A stretch of DNA of 64,000 nt from Lama guanicoe (Eukaryota): assembly GCA_013239625.1 (NCBI GenBank), contig MU054338.1:3867371-3931370 (forward strand). The letters are read 5' to 3'. Position 1 is the stretch's first letter. Every line of letters starts with the position of its first letter. Position numbers and translations under genes: made by a program. Of the stretch, positions 49,001 through 63,639 are shown piece by piece. Under the pieces are notes generated by a model that ran no database searches, had not been told where the DNA came from, and was given only the letters and a program-made list of their open reading frames with translations.

Positions 49001-52000
49001 TTCTGTTTCTGCCTCTCCGCTCACCCCCTTATGTGCAGCCTCTGCAGAGAAGCCAAAACCACTGGTGTGAAACTCATGCTTAAAACTGGGCAACATCCTC
49101 CCAGAGGGTCAAAGGCCCCTCAAACAGGCCAGCCCCATCGGCCAGAACTGTGGCACTGAAGAGTCCCCTGTCCCTGGCACACCCCACACTTCTGTCCTGC
49201 TTCTGGACTCCTGCCTGGCTGAGTCCCTCTGCCTAGAAGACATCTCACCTTCTCTTCCGTGGCCAACACCCACTCAGGTGCAGTCCCCACCCCCTTCAGA
49301 AAGCCCCTAGTGTGAACTGTGCCCCTGAAGCACGCTCTGGCTTCTGCCCTGCCTGGGTTACACCAAGGCTACCTGTCAGGGAGGCTGAGAGACCACAGAC
49401 ACAGCATCCGGCACAGCTCTGCATCCCCACCCGCCACCCCGTCGCGCTGGGTAAGAACCGTCCAGTAAACATTTGAACTAAACCCCCTGTACTTCTTCAC
49501 ATGTGTAACACCAGCTGCTATGTAACCACATAAATATTTATCCAGCCCTTGTTCGTGCAGGGCACCACTGGAAAAAGGGGAAGAGGAAGCCGGAGGCAGA
49601 ACACTTCAGGATAAAACATCTGCTTAAAGGTGGGGAGGGGGGCAGTGTTTGCCTTCTTGGCCTGGCACCGCGGAGCTGGGAGCTCCCAGGGAGAGCGGGC
49701 GATCTGTTTTCCTGCTCACTGGCAGTGTTTACCCCTGGAATGGAAGCTCTGTAAGAATGGGGCCTCCGTTGTGTTCCCTCTGCATCTTCACAGCTGAACA
49801 CAGAGTCTCAACCATAAATGTGCTCAACAAGCAGTTAAAGTAAGTGAAACGTACGCCACTCAGGCTGGGGCTGGGGAGGCCCGGGCCCTGGCAGCCCACC
49901 TCGGCTGCCGTAAGGATCCCTGCTGAGAGAAGGTTTGGCAGTCATGAACTTCAGTCAGTTCTCCACCAAAAACACAAAGCATCAGAGTCACGTGAGTTTC
50001 ATTTCTGCTCAGCTCCAGCAGGGCCGAGTCCATAAACTGCAAATCAGTACTGATCACAAGACGATAGCACACAGGCGCCCTGCTCCTAGCAGGACTGCCC
50101 CTGGCTCAGAGAAGCCACAGGTTGCTTTTTAACCATCCCACGTCACTGCTGCTGGTTGTCACCAAATAAGCAGCATCATTCAGCTACTGAAACCCAAGTT
50201 TAGGGAATGATCTGGTGACGGAGGCAACGAGGCCTCTGCGACCTGCCCGAGCTCCCAGCCCTGCTGCTCTTTCATGAGGGAAGGGAAACCACCACCAGAG
50301 ATGTGGTGAGAGACCCAGGCCAGCACAAAGACCTGAAGTACTGAAATGTGAATCAGATAAACGCTATTTGATCCAGACTCTGTCCACTAGGTGATTTTCT
50401 GTGCATTTTGGTTCTGTGAAATGCTCCATGATCAAATCATCAGTCTGTAAAAAGCAGCCCACCTGGAGCACTGTCTGGACACACTGGCATAGGAGGGTTA
50501 AGAAACCCTTCACCAAATGTCCCCCAAAATTATCTGACCAGGGAACCCTCCTTTTCAGGAACACTCTCAACAAGGCCTGAGGACTGTGGGAGACTGTGGC
50601 CAACACTTGTACGAAGTGGGGTGGGATTCAGACCCCCAGTCACCCCAAACAATGGCCCTGCCTCTGGGGAGCGCAGGCACTACCGTCTGGGATGCGCTGG
50701 GTGCTTGGGCCTCACCTGGACTTCCCGAGGTGCCCAGCGCTTGGTCTGAAGCCCTCTCCTAATCCTCCGCCACACGCCCCTCCTCAGCTCCTGTGCCCCA
50801 CAAGGCACCCTGCTAGAGCCCAACTGCGATCCCAGATTCCTGCCAGGGGAAGTCCCCTGCCTCCCGGGTTCCCCAGGCAAACAGTGTGTGTGCGGGGGAG
50901 GCCGGAGGATGGACCTGGCCAGAAGCTGAAGGAGCAGCCCCCGATGACATCCAGCTCATAGCGCGGGCTCTTCCTCGGGTCCCCTGCCACCCTCCACCTG
51001 CCTGTGAGGTCTGGATGCAAACGGGGCAGCTCAGCAGTGATCCCCAAGGACCTGGCCTGTGTCCCAGGTCTGTGTTCCAAGTCCTGGTGATAAGCACAGA
51101 CAGGTAAGCCCAGGTGTGGAAAGCCGCCGGTCTCTGCTCTTGTTCCATACCTTTACCAGATGTCTGGGACCCTTCCGTACACACCTGTTACCCCATCCTC
51201 TTCTGGGCTCCATTCCCAGAGGCACTGCTGACATGGCTGTGACTGTCAGGGTGCTCCGCCCACCTCCCCCAGCTGCACCTCCTGCTGTTTATAGATTAAA
51301 TCACAACATGCACCTGGCAACTACAACTTCCAGAGATCCCACACATCTAGGTGCTCACTGTGTACCAGGTACCATGCTGGGGAGCAGTGGTGATGTGGAG
51401 AGACAAGTCCTCTCCTGCCAGGAGCTGACATGAGGCAGAGTTGAATGTTACAACACAGGGGAAGCCCAGACTGCAGAAAAGGAGTGGATCAGGGAGGGCT
51501 TCTTGAAGGAAGTGCCATCTAAGCAAAGGGATGAGCAGCATTTAGCCAGCTCACCTGGAGCAGGGAGGAATGATGCAGCGGAAAGCAAGGAGCACAAAAG
51601 GACCTGCAAGAAGGTCAGGGTGGTACCACCTGACTCCTGACCCTTAAAGACAGAGGGGAAGCACCAGGGCCACAGGACTGGGTGCCCCTCTCTTTTAACC
51701 TGGTCCCTTCATACCTGCGTGGCCTAGGGCAGAAGCTCCTGGAAGGTAAGCACCAATCACACTCAGGCAGTTCCTTTCCTGAGCAAATGAACCAAAGATG
51801 GCTCCAAGGAAGCCAGGGGTTCCAGAGGTGCAGGCTGCCTCCTGACCCAGGGGGCCACACTCCACTCTCCTTGTAGGGAGCAGAGGTCTCTGGGTAAGAA
51901 AGGGGTCATCTTTCTCCTAAAGCAGAAACTACTGACCAGGGGCCCAGGGACGAGGGACAGCCCTCAGATGGCGTGGGAAGTTCTAGAAGCCCCACCCTGA

Positions 52001-54528
52001 AGTCGTCGCCACAATTTGTGCATGACATCTCTGTACACTGCCTCCTCAAACAGTGGGTAAGGAGGGGCAAAAGGAGAGGAGCCTCAGGCTTGAGAGAATC
52101 TGGACAGTGGGCTTCCTGACACTACTGCTACAAGCAGGCCAGGCTACAGGGCTCAGCGGTTTTGTCTGTCTTTTCTGCCCAGAGACTGACTGGCAGTAAA
52201 ACCAAAGTGACTCATGTCTCTATTTCAGACACAGCAGGGAAAGGGAACAGAGAGGGGGTACTGCCCTGAAGCCAGCCTATGAAGGAAGCACCCCCTCTAG
52301 GGACAGTGGGATTGGAGAGCAAGGAGCTAGTCTGGACCCCAGAGGTGGCCCTGGGGTGGAAGGGTGTGTGTACCAACCCTCCAGGGTGACAGAGGCCTTG
52401 GGATCCCATCTTTGGACTTCCCCGGCCTCTGCCGCAGACTCGCTGCAAGGACAGTCCCAGAGGGGGGTCTTCTGAACCCTGGGCAGGCTCCGTTCACAGG
52501 CCAGCAGTCACCGGGCGCCGAGGACTGACGGGCAGGCAGGTGCTCAGCGCTTCACCCACATCGCAGTCCTGAATCTTCACAGCCACCCAAAGAGGCAGGT
52601 CCTCAGTTTACAGAACAGGAAATGGAGACTCGGGAGGAGCAACATGTCCAAGGTGGGGCTGGGTCTCCAGCCCAGGCGGGCCTGACTCTGAAGCTCACAC
52701 CCTTGACTACGCTGTGACTCACACATCACAAAGGCAACAGAGAGAAGTCCTGACCCTGGTTTGCTTCCTCCCATCTTTGCCACTCAACTGGGCCTCGAGG
52801 CAAAGACACCGACACACTCTTCTTTTGAGAAGTGACATCAGGAATAAAGTGGCTGTCAGTTAACATTCTGGATAAACATCTATGGAAGAATACAAACGAG
52901 ACTAGAGGGCGAGCGATGGGTTTTGGGGTGTGCCTGAGGCTCTCCACAAGTCATGTGACCACCTGCATCGGACAAATGTGCAGTTAAGCCAAAAGCAGGT
53001 CCTTACGATCCTCAAGGAGAGAATTAAGACACACTCCAAGGCTCTGTGGTGAAACAAGCTACGTTGTCTCTATCTGTCAAACGCATCACCAGGGGATGCT
53101 CTGTATAACACATTCACAACCTAGTCTGAAAACACATGTTCTCTGCACAGCACCCTCTCCAAAAAAAAAAAAACTTTCCTTTTTCACGCTGTGCAGGGAG
53201 CCACGTGCACAAACCCCCTGGGCAGGCCTGCCCTGCAACAAGCTTTGGCGCCCCCCTGGCTGCCTGCTACCTTTGTCTCTGTTAAACTAAACAGAAGAAA
53301 ATACGTGTACCCAGGAAAACACCCAGAGAAGGGAACCTGGAACATCTTTGTCTGCTCTGTTTATTCCCCTCCTAAATGATGACTCGAACACTGGCCAGGA
53401 AACAGCCCCCATCTGAAAAGCCACTTAGAATTCTTGACCAAAATGTCAGCCAGGTACTTGTGCAAAATGAGCTTTAATCCTGGGCTGATGTGTCTTAATC
53501 TTCTTATCTGGGCAAAAAATATGGAAAGCATTTCGCCAACACAAACAACAGTCTGTTAATACATGGCAGCTGCTTCAATCCTGCGACACTTACTATCTCA
53601 GTTCTTCGAGTCATTTCTTTTCTCGGGAATTATTATAAACAGTTCTGTGCAGCAACAGAAAGGTGAGTTTGTCACCGAAGTGTCAACTGTTCGCCAACTA
53701 ACTCTCCTGTGAAGAATGGAAGTGATCTCAATCATGCCGTTGCTAGGCGATGCCTCTCTCCACCTCAGTGCACCACATGCCCAGCTAGTGGGTGGTGCGC
53801 CCCTTAATTCTTTTTTTGGTACCGGAAAATATTTTTCCTCAGACAACTCTCAACTGGTCTCATGGAGATCATGGGAGGGAGCACAGTCTTGGGAGGTGAT
53901 GGTATTTTTCATTTTACATTTTTCTTTCTGGAATGCTCTTCATCCTGCCATTACCTTCACCTACTGAAAACCAAGCCACTTTTCAATGCTCTTAAACTCA
54001 CCTCACATTTCTAACAACGGAGGTAATAAGCAACTCAAAGTTGTTGAATGGTTCTTCTTAGACCTGGTGGCAGGCACTTTAAATAGCCCGTCTCACTCAG
54101 TGTCATCACAGCCCCATGGCACAGATATTATTTATCATCTCTGATTTACAAACCACAAAACAAGAATGAGAGGCCTTGGGCAGGCAGGTGCCCTGTCCAG
54201 TCATACAGTTGGTGAGTGGCAGAGGTGGGACCAGAACCCTAAGCCTGACTTCCAAGCTGGGGCCTCACGTCCCCTGTGACCCTTCTCAGGCCAAGCCACA
54301 TCCCACCTCCTTTACTTCTAGAAGTATTGGCCTGCAGCCCCTTCCGACCCCTCCACCCCTCATCCTCCATCCACTCACATTACAAGCACTGGGGCAGACC
54401 CTGCATGCTGGATACCTTTGTGCCTTAAATCCAAGAGAAACCCCATAAACCTATTAAATAAATCACACAAAGTCAGCAACCTCACCAGAAACTACTGAGG
54501 AATTCAGGAAACCAGCACTTCCCTATCC

Positions 54529-54544
54529 TGCCACTAGATGGCGT
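54529..54544 (+). promoter_or_regulatory. CTCF core motif TGCCACTAGATGGCGT in RANBP3 intron 1
   Basis: Close match to the CCAC(C/T)AG(A/G)(G/T)GGCG consensus. Confidence 0.55.
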
Positions 54545-57500
54545 GGTATGAGCACAGCCAAGGTGAAGTTCAAGTGGCTGAAGGTTCAGGGGAAAATTCA
54601 GTGAAGACAACAGAAAACCCTGCAAAAAGGAAATCTAGGGACTAAAGAACCACTGCTGAGGCTGCAGACCAGCTGATGAAATCCAGGAATGCGGGCGCTG
54701 GTTTGTGTGTATGTTCAGATCGGCCTCAACCACCTGTGGCTGGGACCCCAGGCCAGGGAACTCACTTTCTCCACACGCTGCCTGTGCCTGTCTGACAGGG
54801 TTGATACCTGCCCCCAGTCAGTTTTGAGAAGGACTGAATGGAATGATGCACATCGGGCACCTGGGGAGGGGCTGGCAGGCACTGTCCCTGTCACTGCAGC
54901 TCTATGGGGAAGACTGCAGGCACACCAGCACCACCTCAAAGACATGTCTGGGCTGGTCGCCAGGCCCCCAACAGTGATAACCACCTCACGGTTTGGCCCC
55001 TTCCAAGAGCTTCCTGGACAGAAGACACCTCAACACAAGTGCTCAGTTACTCAGAATCCCGAGCCCTTCTGAGGCCGAGGGGATCACTGAGCTGAGGTCT
55101 GACGGAAGGCCAACCAGCCCAGCCACGATCACAGCAGCATGGCTTACTGAGCACCCGCTACGTGCCAGGCCACCGGAGACAGGATCAGAGGTGGATGAGG
55201 TCACAGCCCTCTAGTGGGAAAAGAACAGAAAAACAAGCAAGGAGCCCGAGGCATGCAGGGATAATCAGATGCTTCTGGAGAGAGGAGCTGCAAGGCAGGC
55301 ACCGCAGGGCGGTGGGAAGGAGTGACTGGGCAGCAGGGGACCGAAAGGGGAGTGGTCGGGTAAGGCCTCTGCGAGGTGTCATCTGAGCCTCAGACACAGA
55401 GGAGCGAGTCAGGTGAAGGCAGAGTACATCGGGCAGAGGGAACCCCAAGTTCCCAACAAGGTCCTAAGGACAGAGAGAACCTGGAGGCCAAGGGCGAGTT
55501 TCCTTACAGGGAGTGGGGAGGTGAGTTTGGTGAGGGGGGATGATACAGTCTGATTTGTATTTCCAAAAGATCGCCCCAGCAGTGGTCCTCATGCAGTCCT
55601 TTCCATTTTTGTATGTTAAAAGCTCTGTCATAAGACGCTGGGGAAGGTCACCCTGGGAGGGGCAGGAGTAGTTGCCAGGGGACCAGCAAGGAGCCCTCGG
55701 GTTGCTGTCCAGGTGAGAAGTAGCAGTGACAAGGTGGCTCAGCTAAGCCGTGTGGCCTCGGAGATGGCGCAAAGTGGATGGAGCCTGAATATTCTGAGAC
55801 GGAGCCTGCTGGTGCCTTAGTGGTAGGAAGACTGAGATGACTACTATGGGGTGTGAAAGTACGTCTTGCTCACTCAGCAGCAGACGCTACTGGTGAACAC
55901 AATTCTCACTCCTCTGATGAGAAGACCCCACAAGCAGGGTGTCCCCTCCACGTGGCACTGATGATGAATAACCAGGCCCCGGACTCTTAGGTCCCCAGGG
56001 GCCACCACATCAATGCTGCGAAATATCCTTTCTCCTCTGAGCAAAGGGTAGCCTGCTTTCTTACTCTTGCTACCTGAGAAGCCAAACTCGCAAGGTCTGT
56101 TTTCCCTACTCCAGCTCTGCTGTTACAGATGCAACACAGGCATGAATGCAGGGCTGATCTAGGGAGTTTAATTTAGCAAAGGCATTCTGAACTTACTGCA
56201 AAAGCAAGGCTGCCTCCTAAACGTGCTCATGGAGAAACCACTCTTGTCTGTCAGTTTTCAAGGGAACAAGTGCCCAGTGAGTCAGCACTACTGACCCACT
56301 GGAGGGATGAGCTGGGCTCCGAGACTCGGGCTGGAGGTGGGCATGCTGGACAGGCTCTCTTCCTGCAGACATGGCTTGGGCTTCAGCCCCTATGAAAGGG
56401 CAAGACCCAGACATGGAGCATCTTGGGAGGTCCTCACCTTGAATTTGGGAACAGTGCTGAAGATCATGGAAAACACCGTTCCTCTTTAACAGGGATGTGA
56501 AGTTCACAATGCCACAATGCCTACAGCTGCCAGGAAGCCGTAATGGAAATAACAGGTCGGGAGGATGAGCTCTAAGACCTGGCTGGCAAATAATTCATTC
56601 CTGGATGGTTTTATTTAATCTTATAACCCAGTAGTTCTCACCAGGGTTGATTCCCTTCTCCACCCCCACCGGGCAATGTCTGGAAACATTTCTGGTTATC
56701 ATGATGAGGAGAAGCTACAAATGCCATCTAGTGGATGGAGATCAGTGATGCTGATCAACACCCTACAGTGCACAGGATGGTCCCCCAACCACAAAGATTG
56801 ATCCACTCCCAAACACCAACTGTGTTGAGGTTGAGAAACCGTGTACTAATTATTCAGCAAAAGACTGAGTCAGATTCCTAACTCACATTACACACCAAAA
56901 TAAATTCTCAGTGCATACAAACCAGGTGTGACCTCCACCCTCGACAGCTTCTGTGAATTACCTCCTCTCTCCCTCCCCGCTCAGTTTGTGTGTTTAAATG
57001 TGTGCAGCATTCTACGGCTTCAGATCAGATGATTATGTCACACAGAGTCCCTGGGCGGGGGTGGGGGGTGTGTGGTCAATGGAATCCCCTAACTCAGGGG
57101 TTCTCACATGGGGGTGATTCTGTCCCCGAGGGGACATCTGGCAATGTCTGGAGACGGTGGGTGCCACTGGCACTATGTGGGCAGAGGCCAGGGACAAAAT
57201 ACACAGGACAGCTCCCACTGGTGCCAATGTCATTAATGCTGAGGTGGAGAAACACGGCTCTAACATGAAAGGAGGCATCCAAACCAAGAGTAACAGTCAG
57301 CAGTAACTGACATGTATCTGCACAGGCCAGCAGGCCAATCACCCGCCATATGTCCCTTTCACACAACACTCCCCAGATCTGATTAGCACTGTTCCCATCC
57401 TACAGATGCAGGAACTGAGGTCAAAGAACCTGCCCAAGCTCCTGGGCAAGGAAGCGGCAGAGGCAAGACACAAGACAAGGATGCTTCCAACTGCGCCACA

Positions 57501-57629
57501 AGCTATTGACCGGAGCCTGCCGGTCAGTTCCTGTCTAAATCCTTCCAGGCTAGAGACAGGAGAAACGCATGTGGATCTCCCGACAGGCCCCGCTCGGGCC
57601 CTTTACACTGGGGCTCCACTATCACGTGC

Positions 57630-58130
57630 CAGTGGTTCCTAAATTTTTGGGCCTTGGGACCTCTTTCCATACATGTAAATTACTGAGCATCCCCCAGAGC
57701 TTTTGTAAATGTGAGCAACAGCTATACTTACTGTATTAGAAATTAAAACTAAGAAAATGCCAGAAATTAGTTAATTTACTTAAGATAATTACAGTCAGTT
57801 TACCTAGATAATATACTTTTATGAACAATAACTATTTTTGAAACCAAAAAACTAGGGAGAAAAGGGGTATTATTTTACATTTTGACAGATCTCTCTAATA
57901 TCTGGCTTAACAGAAAACAGCCAGACCCTCCTATTTGCCTCTGCAGTCTATCTGTTGCTACGTCATACTAGCACAGCCTCCAGGAAAAACTCCACTGTCC
58001 GTTCACAGAATTCCTGTGAAAAGGGCAAATGATGTCTTTGTGTTGTTAGGAAAACAGTTTTGAACTTGTGGTCCCCTTGAAAAGGTCTTGGGGACTCCCG
58101 GGCCCTGGACTGTCTTGCAGAACCACTGCT
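57630..58130. mobile_element. hAT-Charlie-like DNA transposon relic
   Basis: Terminal inverted repeats cagtggttc ... gaaccactg around an AT-rich interior. Confidence 0.6.
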
Positions 58131-58610
58131 ACACGCTGCTGTCTGAGCACCAACAGTCTGAGGACACTGAATCCTCAGAGGTTCAGAGACCATCAAAAGC
58201 CTTCTGCTGAGGTTCTTGGCTGGTGTACCCTGAGTGCAGGGAACGCCACAGCTAAGAGATGCTACGACAGGGATGAAACCCAAATGCCAGCCGAGGTCAG
58301 ACAGGCACTGGAAAAGGAGGAAGTGGGTCAGGTCTCAAGCAACTTGGGGGGACTGCTGTCCAGGAGGGTGCACAGTCTGCCTCAAGGCGGCAGCTGGTCC
58401 TCAGTCCTGGCCCATCATTACTGTGCAGGAGCGCAGGCGGAGGCTGGATTGTTTCTCAAGAGAAATCAGAAACCTGGATTATTTTCCCCCCTGAAATCTC
58501 AGAATTCTTAAGTATTGGCTCCTAATAAAAAACAAACAAAGAAAAACCTAAAAGGGCCAAATTATACATGTCTGCTTACCCCTGAAGCAAGTTTACAACT
58601 TCTGCCTGTG

Positions 58611-58929
58611 GGTTTTTTCCCCACTTCCATTACAGTTTTTTATAGGATACTGAAGATAGTTCCCTGTGCCATACTGTAGGACCTTGTTATTTATCTATTT
58701 TTATGTACAGTAGTCTGTATCTGCTAATAGTCCCAAACCCCTAATTTATCTCCTGCCTTTGGTAACCATAAGTTTGTTCTCTGTGAGTCTGTTTCTGTTT
58801 TGTAAATAAGTTCACCTGTGTCAAATTTTAGGTTTCACGTATAAGTGATGTCATATGACATTTGTCTTTCTCTGTCTGACTTTCTTCACTTAGTATGATC
58901 ACCTCTAGGTCCATCCATATTGCTGCAAA
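58611..58929 (-). mobile_element. Truncated L1 3' fragment (ungulate-type)
   Basis: ttcacttagtatgatcacctctaggtccatccatattgctgcaaat; flanked by TCTGCCTG(T/C)G direct repeats at 58601 and 58930. Confidence 0.8.
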
Positions 58930-61398
58930 TCTGCCTGCGTTTCTGACTCTGGCTTCATGTCGTAAGATACCTGTGGGGTCCTAGACACCCTGGGCCTCCT
59001 GCAACAATCTCTGTAGTGCAGCCCACACATCAGTTTTTATTTTCCTCCACAACCTCCTTAAACTTAAGCGTGAAGCACAGTCAGGGTTATGATTCACAGC
59101 AAGTGCCATGCAACAGTGCCAAGCACCATGACAACCAAGATGCAGTGGAGAGTGGACACGCAGGGGCTTTACTCGAAGACCATGTCCTGTGTGGTTTTCT
59201 ACCAAGCAGTGCACACCCACACCTGACACAACTCCATGGGACCACAGGAGGTGACTGCACAGAGGTGGCAAAAACAAATCCCCCTCAAACAACACAAGGA
59301 ACCCCTGCTGCTTGCCGCCAGCACTACTGCCAGATCCCGACTAGACAATGATGCAAACCCATGTGCTCCTGCTTGCTTCAGAGTACCATGGAGAGCTACC
59401 ACGGCTTGGCCACGTCAACACCAGCCTCCTCTGCCGTCCGCCTTTCCCACGTAGTTTTCATTATGTGACAAAGGCCCTTTCCAGATCCCCCAAATGCATC
59501 CCACTGCTTCCCCAAGTGGCCCTCATTTCCCACTCAGCCCCAGCTTATTCTCTGTGCCTGAACTCACTAGGCCAGAATTCAACTGGTATCTAAAATGCCC
59601 CCTTTGCCAGCCCCCAACACTGTTCGCCCCTCCCAAATGCCATCCTAAGTACACCTGCTCTAGCCGTACCAACTTCCGCTGCCTCCACTCACTTCAGCTC
59701 CCTCCGAGTACAAGCACACAGCAGACCCTGACCAGCCCGAACCCCTGAGGACACAGGAGGGTAATGGGACTGCGGGGGTGATTCCATTTTCCAGTTAACT
59801 GACAGGCAGGCTAAGCACGTGGTTGAAAAGTTTTAAACTTGCAAAACTACAAGCTTTTGTGTCTCTACACAGGATCCCAGGCAAAACTTAAATTTTCTTC
59901 CAAGTGCATAAAGGTTTCTGCGTGGCACCCCAGCTGCAACCAGACCGCACCTGCTACAGAGACAGGAGGCACCAGAGACTCAAATGTACACACTTGGATC
60001 CCAGGACAAACCCCAGAGTTAATGCTTATCATAACTTCATGAAAAAATTTTAAAGTTGCTTCTCACTTATCCTAAAAATTAAGCTTAGGGCAGGGGAAGA
60101 GGGAGGTGAAAATCAAGTGAACTGAGGATTCCAGCTGTCTTGAGTTCTCGCTCATCAATAAAAATCCACTGCATCTCAGCCTCTCAGGGGTTAGGTGAGA
60201 ACTGAGAAAAGCCAAACTACCCTTGAAAAATCTCTGGACTGATACTTGGCCAGTCCAGGTCAGTGGGTCTCAACTGGGGGCAACCGTGGGCCCCCCCCAG
60301 GGGACAATGAATCATGACTAGGGGCTGGGGGAGGGTGCTACTGGCATCTAGTGGGTCAAGACCAGGGAAGCAGATCAACATCCTACAATGCCCAGCGCAG
60401 CCCCACAACAGAGAATTACCTGGTTCCAAATGCCTGTAGTGCCCAGGCTGAGAACGCATGGCCAGATGATCACACAGTGAAAGGCAAGACTGGCCTCCCA
60501 CCCTGGGCACACCCCAGGGCCATCTCGTTCAGTGGAAGTGGATTCACTCACACTGTTCAGACTCATTTCTTGCTCTGCTGAGCACTTGAGCTAAATGTGT
60601 CACAACATAAGTCCACCATAGTAAAAATAGCTACCATTTACTGTTTATTATCGTGCTGAGATAGGTGCTAAATAATTTATATGCATTCATTCAGCCAAGG
60701 CTCAAAGCAACCATGAGATAAATATGATGACTGTTATTCTCATTTTACTGGTGAGGAAACTAAGGCCCAAAGGGGTAAAGGATATGCCCAAAGTCACTCA
60801 GAGTTTAAGGCAGAGTCAACACACAAACCCAGATCCCTACAAGGCAAAGCCTGTGCTCCACCATCACGTTACACCAGGGGGTCTCAACTGAGGGTGACTC
60901 TCCCCACCTTCTGCCCTGGGACATTTCCCAATGTCCGCAGACAGTTTTTGGTTGTCATGACCCCTGGGGTAGGGGTGTGGGGGAGGGCATGCACTACGGG
61001 CATCTTATATATAGTCAGGGATGCTGCTTCAATGCTCAACACCCTACAAGGCACAGGACAGCCCCCTCAACAGAGAATCATCTGGTCCAAAGTGTCAATA
61101 GGACCAGAGCTGAGAACACTGCTTCAGACTATCTCTCAGGTTCCACAGGCCAGGAATGATTTATATGTATGCAGTATCTTTTAAGGCTGGGGTGTAGAAT
61201 CCATGACTTCCCATAGCTCAGATATGCTTTGCTAACACTCTTCTCAGTCTTCTTTACCTTTACAAGGGACAAAATGCTGCCTTCAAACCTTGATGCTGGT
61301 CTACAAGGCAGAATAACTCCAAAGATAGGATGATAAGCCACTTTGGGATATATCAAGAGTGAAATCCCAAGAAGAGAATATCTCAAGACACAAGTGTA

Positions 61399-61430
61399 AC
61401 ACACACACACACACTCCCTCTCTCTCTCTC
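61399..61430. repeat. Compound (CA)n(CT)n microsatellite
   Basis: acacacacacacacactccctctctctctctc. Confidence 0.8.
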
Positions 61431-62224
61431 CTCAGAGAGAAGCATTCCAAATGGCCTTTAGAAGTCACAGACCACAGAACTACCACCAAAGGACTTTGGG
61501 AGTTGCCGTCACCATCCCTGAAGAGATCACCATCCAACAAGGGCCAACAAGATGCTGTACTGGATACACAACTGGAAGTGTTTCTTTGTACACAAGCACT
61601 CCTAAGCTGTACTACTCAAGCCAGGGGTTCTCAACCCCAGCCACATATCAGAATCACTTGCACTGCTTTCTGACTCTACAGATGCCCAGGATTCAGAGGG
61701 CCTGGGTGTGAGGAGGGGTAAGTTTAGGATCTCAGCCTGCAAAGACAGAAGCCAAGAGGGCGTCTGAGGTTAAACAAGAGGGAAATCACATGTCTGGGGC
61801 AGTCCCTAAAGCTTCAAAACGCACAGGCAATGAAGTCCTAGCCTACATAGAGAAGAAGAAATCAAACGTCCCAGTGGGCTGCACTAGTCAAAACCAGAAA
61901 TGGAGTTGAGAAACATCTAACGACCAATTAAAGGATGGCAGAGATACACAAGGCACAAAAAAGCACTAAGATTGTATTTTTTGTAGACAGCTATGCCAGA
62001 CCTAGTGTCAAAGGCAAAGTGCTAGATGAGTGTGGCACTCACTACACTTCAAGTACAAAACACTCTGTCTTCTCTATTTTACGTTTACCCGTTCAACTAT
62101 GCGATTTACAATCAAGCCCTCAGGTGTCAGTGCATGTGCTAGAAATGGTATCCGTGGGACCCAGGAATCCATGACTTTCCCTTTGTGCTCAAAGGTATAC
62201 CTCACAATGAAGGGCCTCACTGAT

Positions 62225-63060
62225 GAATTCACTCCTTCACTCAACAAACACTTCTTGGCTACCTACTCCATGCCAGGCACGAATTCTAGATGTGGGGGAA
62301 TCCATCAGTGATTAGAACAGAGATCCTCACTCCCGTGGAGTTTATACTGAGGAGAAGGGTAGTCAAACAAACAAGTAAACCTGCATGCGAGCTGGCAATC
62401 AGTGCTGTGGAGTAAAATAAAGCAGGATAAAGGGGTTAGGGAATGTGGATACAATTTAAAAACAGGTGGCCAGGGAAGTTCTCAGTGATAAAATAACAAC
62501 TGAGTAAAAACCTGAAGGAGGTGAAGGAGTAAGCCATGAGGGTGTTTGGAGGAAGACTGACTCAGGCAGAGGAACCAACAAGTCCAAAGGGGTAGAGGAA
62601 GGAAGAGATAAGACTACTCAAGGGACACTGAGAAAGCCAAAGTGCTTAAAGCAAAGTGAGTCAGGGAGAGCGGTGGGGCAGGAGGACAGGGAGGCATCAG
62701 GGTGTCACGCTGGCTTCCAGCTGAGAAACTGTTAGGTGGGTAAAGGTGGAAGGGAGGCCCGAGCACTGGCGGTGAGAAGTGGTCACCCTCTGGAAATATT
62801 TCTAAGGCAGAGCTGACCAGATTTGTTGTGGCATATGAGAGTGGGGAGTCAAGGACGACTGAGGTTCCTGGCCCGAAAAATTCAAAGAATAGACCTGCCA
62901 CTTACTGCAATGGGAAAGACTGTGGGATGGGCAGGTTTGGGTAGAAAGATAGGGATTTTGTTTGATGTGCCTATTAGATGGCCAAATGGAAATGGTGAAT
63001 ATGATGTTGGATGTATGAGTCTTGAGTTCAAGAAAATGAATGGGCTGAATATGCAAATAT
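62225..63060 (-). mobile_element. L2 fragment
   Basis: cactcaacaaacac...ctactccatgccaggcac; gaaggagtaagccatg; ggagtcaaggacgact. Confidence 0.7.
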
Positions 63061-63179
63061 ATAAAGTATGCCATAGTGACTCCCATTTATCCAGTCCCCA
63101 TTCTGCCTTTAAATGGATCTTATGAATGGAATGCCTCAACCCTCTTATAAAAGAGATGTGGCATAAATGGGGGGGGGGG

Positions 63180-63410
63180 GCTCTGAAGCCAGACCACCTT
63201 GATTCACATCCCAGCTCCTTACTGGCTTTGTGACCTGTCTTGGACAAATAACTCCTCTAACTCAGTTTCCTCATCAAGAACGAGGCTAACGGTGCCTTCC
63301 TTAGGGAGCTTCTGTGAGGAGTGAGTATTCCTCCAGATAACACACCCAGGGCTTGGAACAGGACCTGGTACCATCCCAAATGCTCTGCCAAGGTGAGCAC
63401 TCATTATAGT
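63180..63410 (+). mobile_element. MIR SINE
   Basis: ctctgaagccagac...tcccagctcc...tgtgacc...ctcagtttcctcatc core. Confidence 0.65.
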
Positions 63411-63639
63411 CATTCGTACACTCGTGAAGCTCAGTATGGAAACCTCAGGACAGCAGGGAGCATGGTTTGGGGGAATCAGGGCCAGGCAGGTACATAGCTT
63501 GCCTGGAGTTGTGCACCTAGAAACAGAAGGAGCTAAAAATAGGCCTCAAACGTCCGGAAGCTACAGCGATATCAACACCACTGTTGATTTCATCAGACAT
63601 CAGCTTATGGAGTGCTTTCTCTGGGCACTGTAACCTTGT

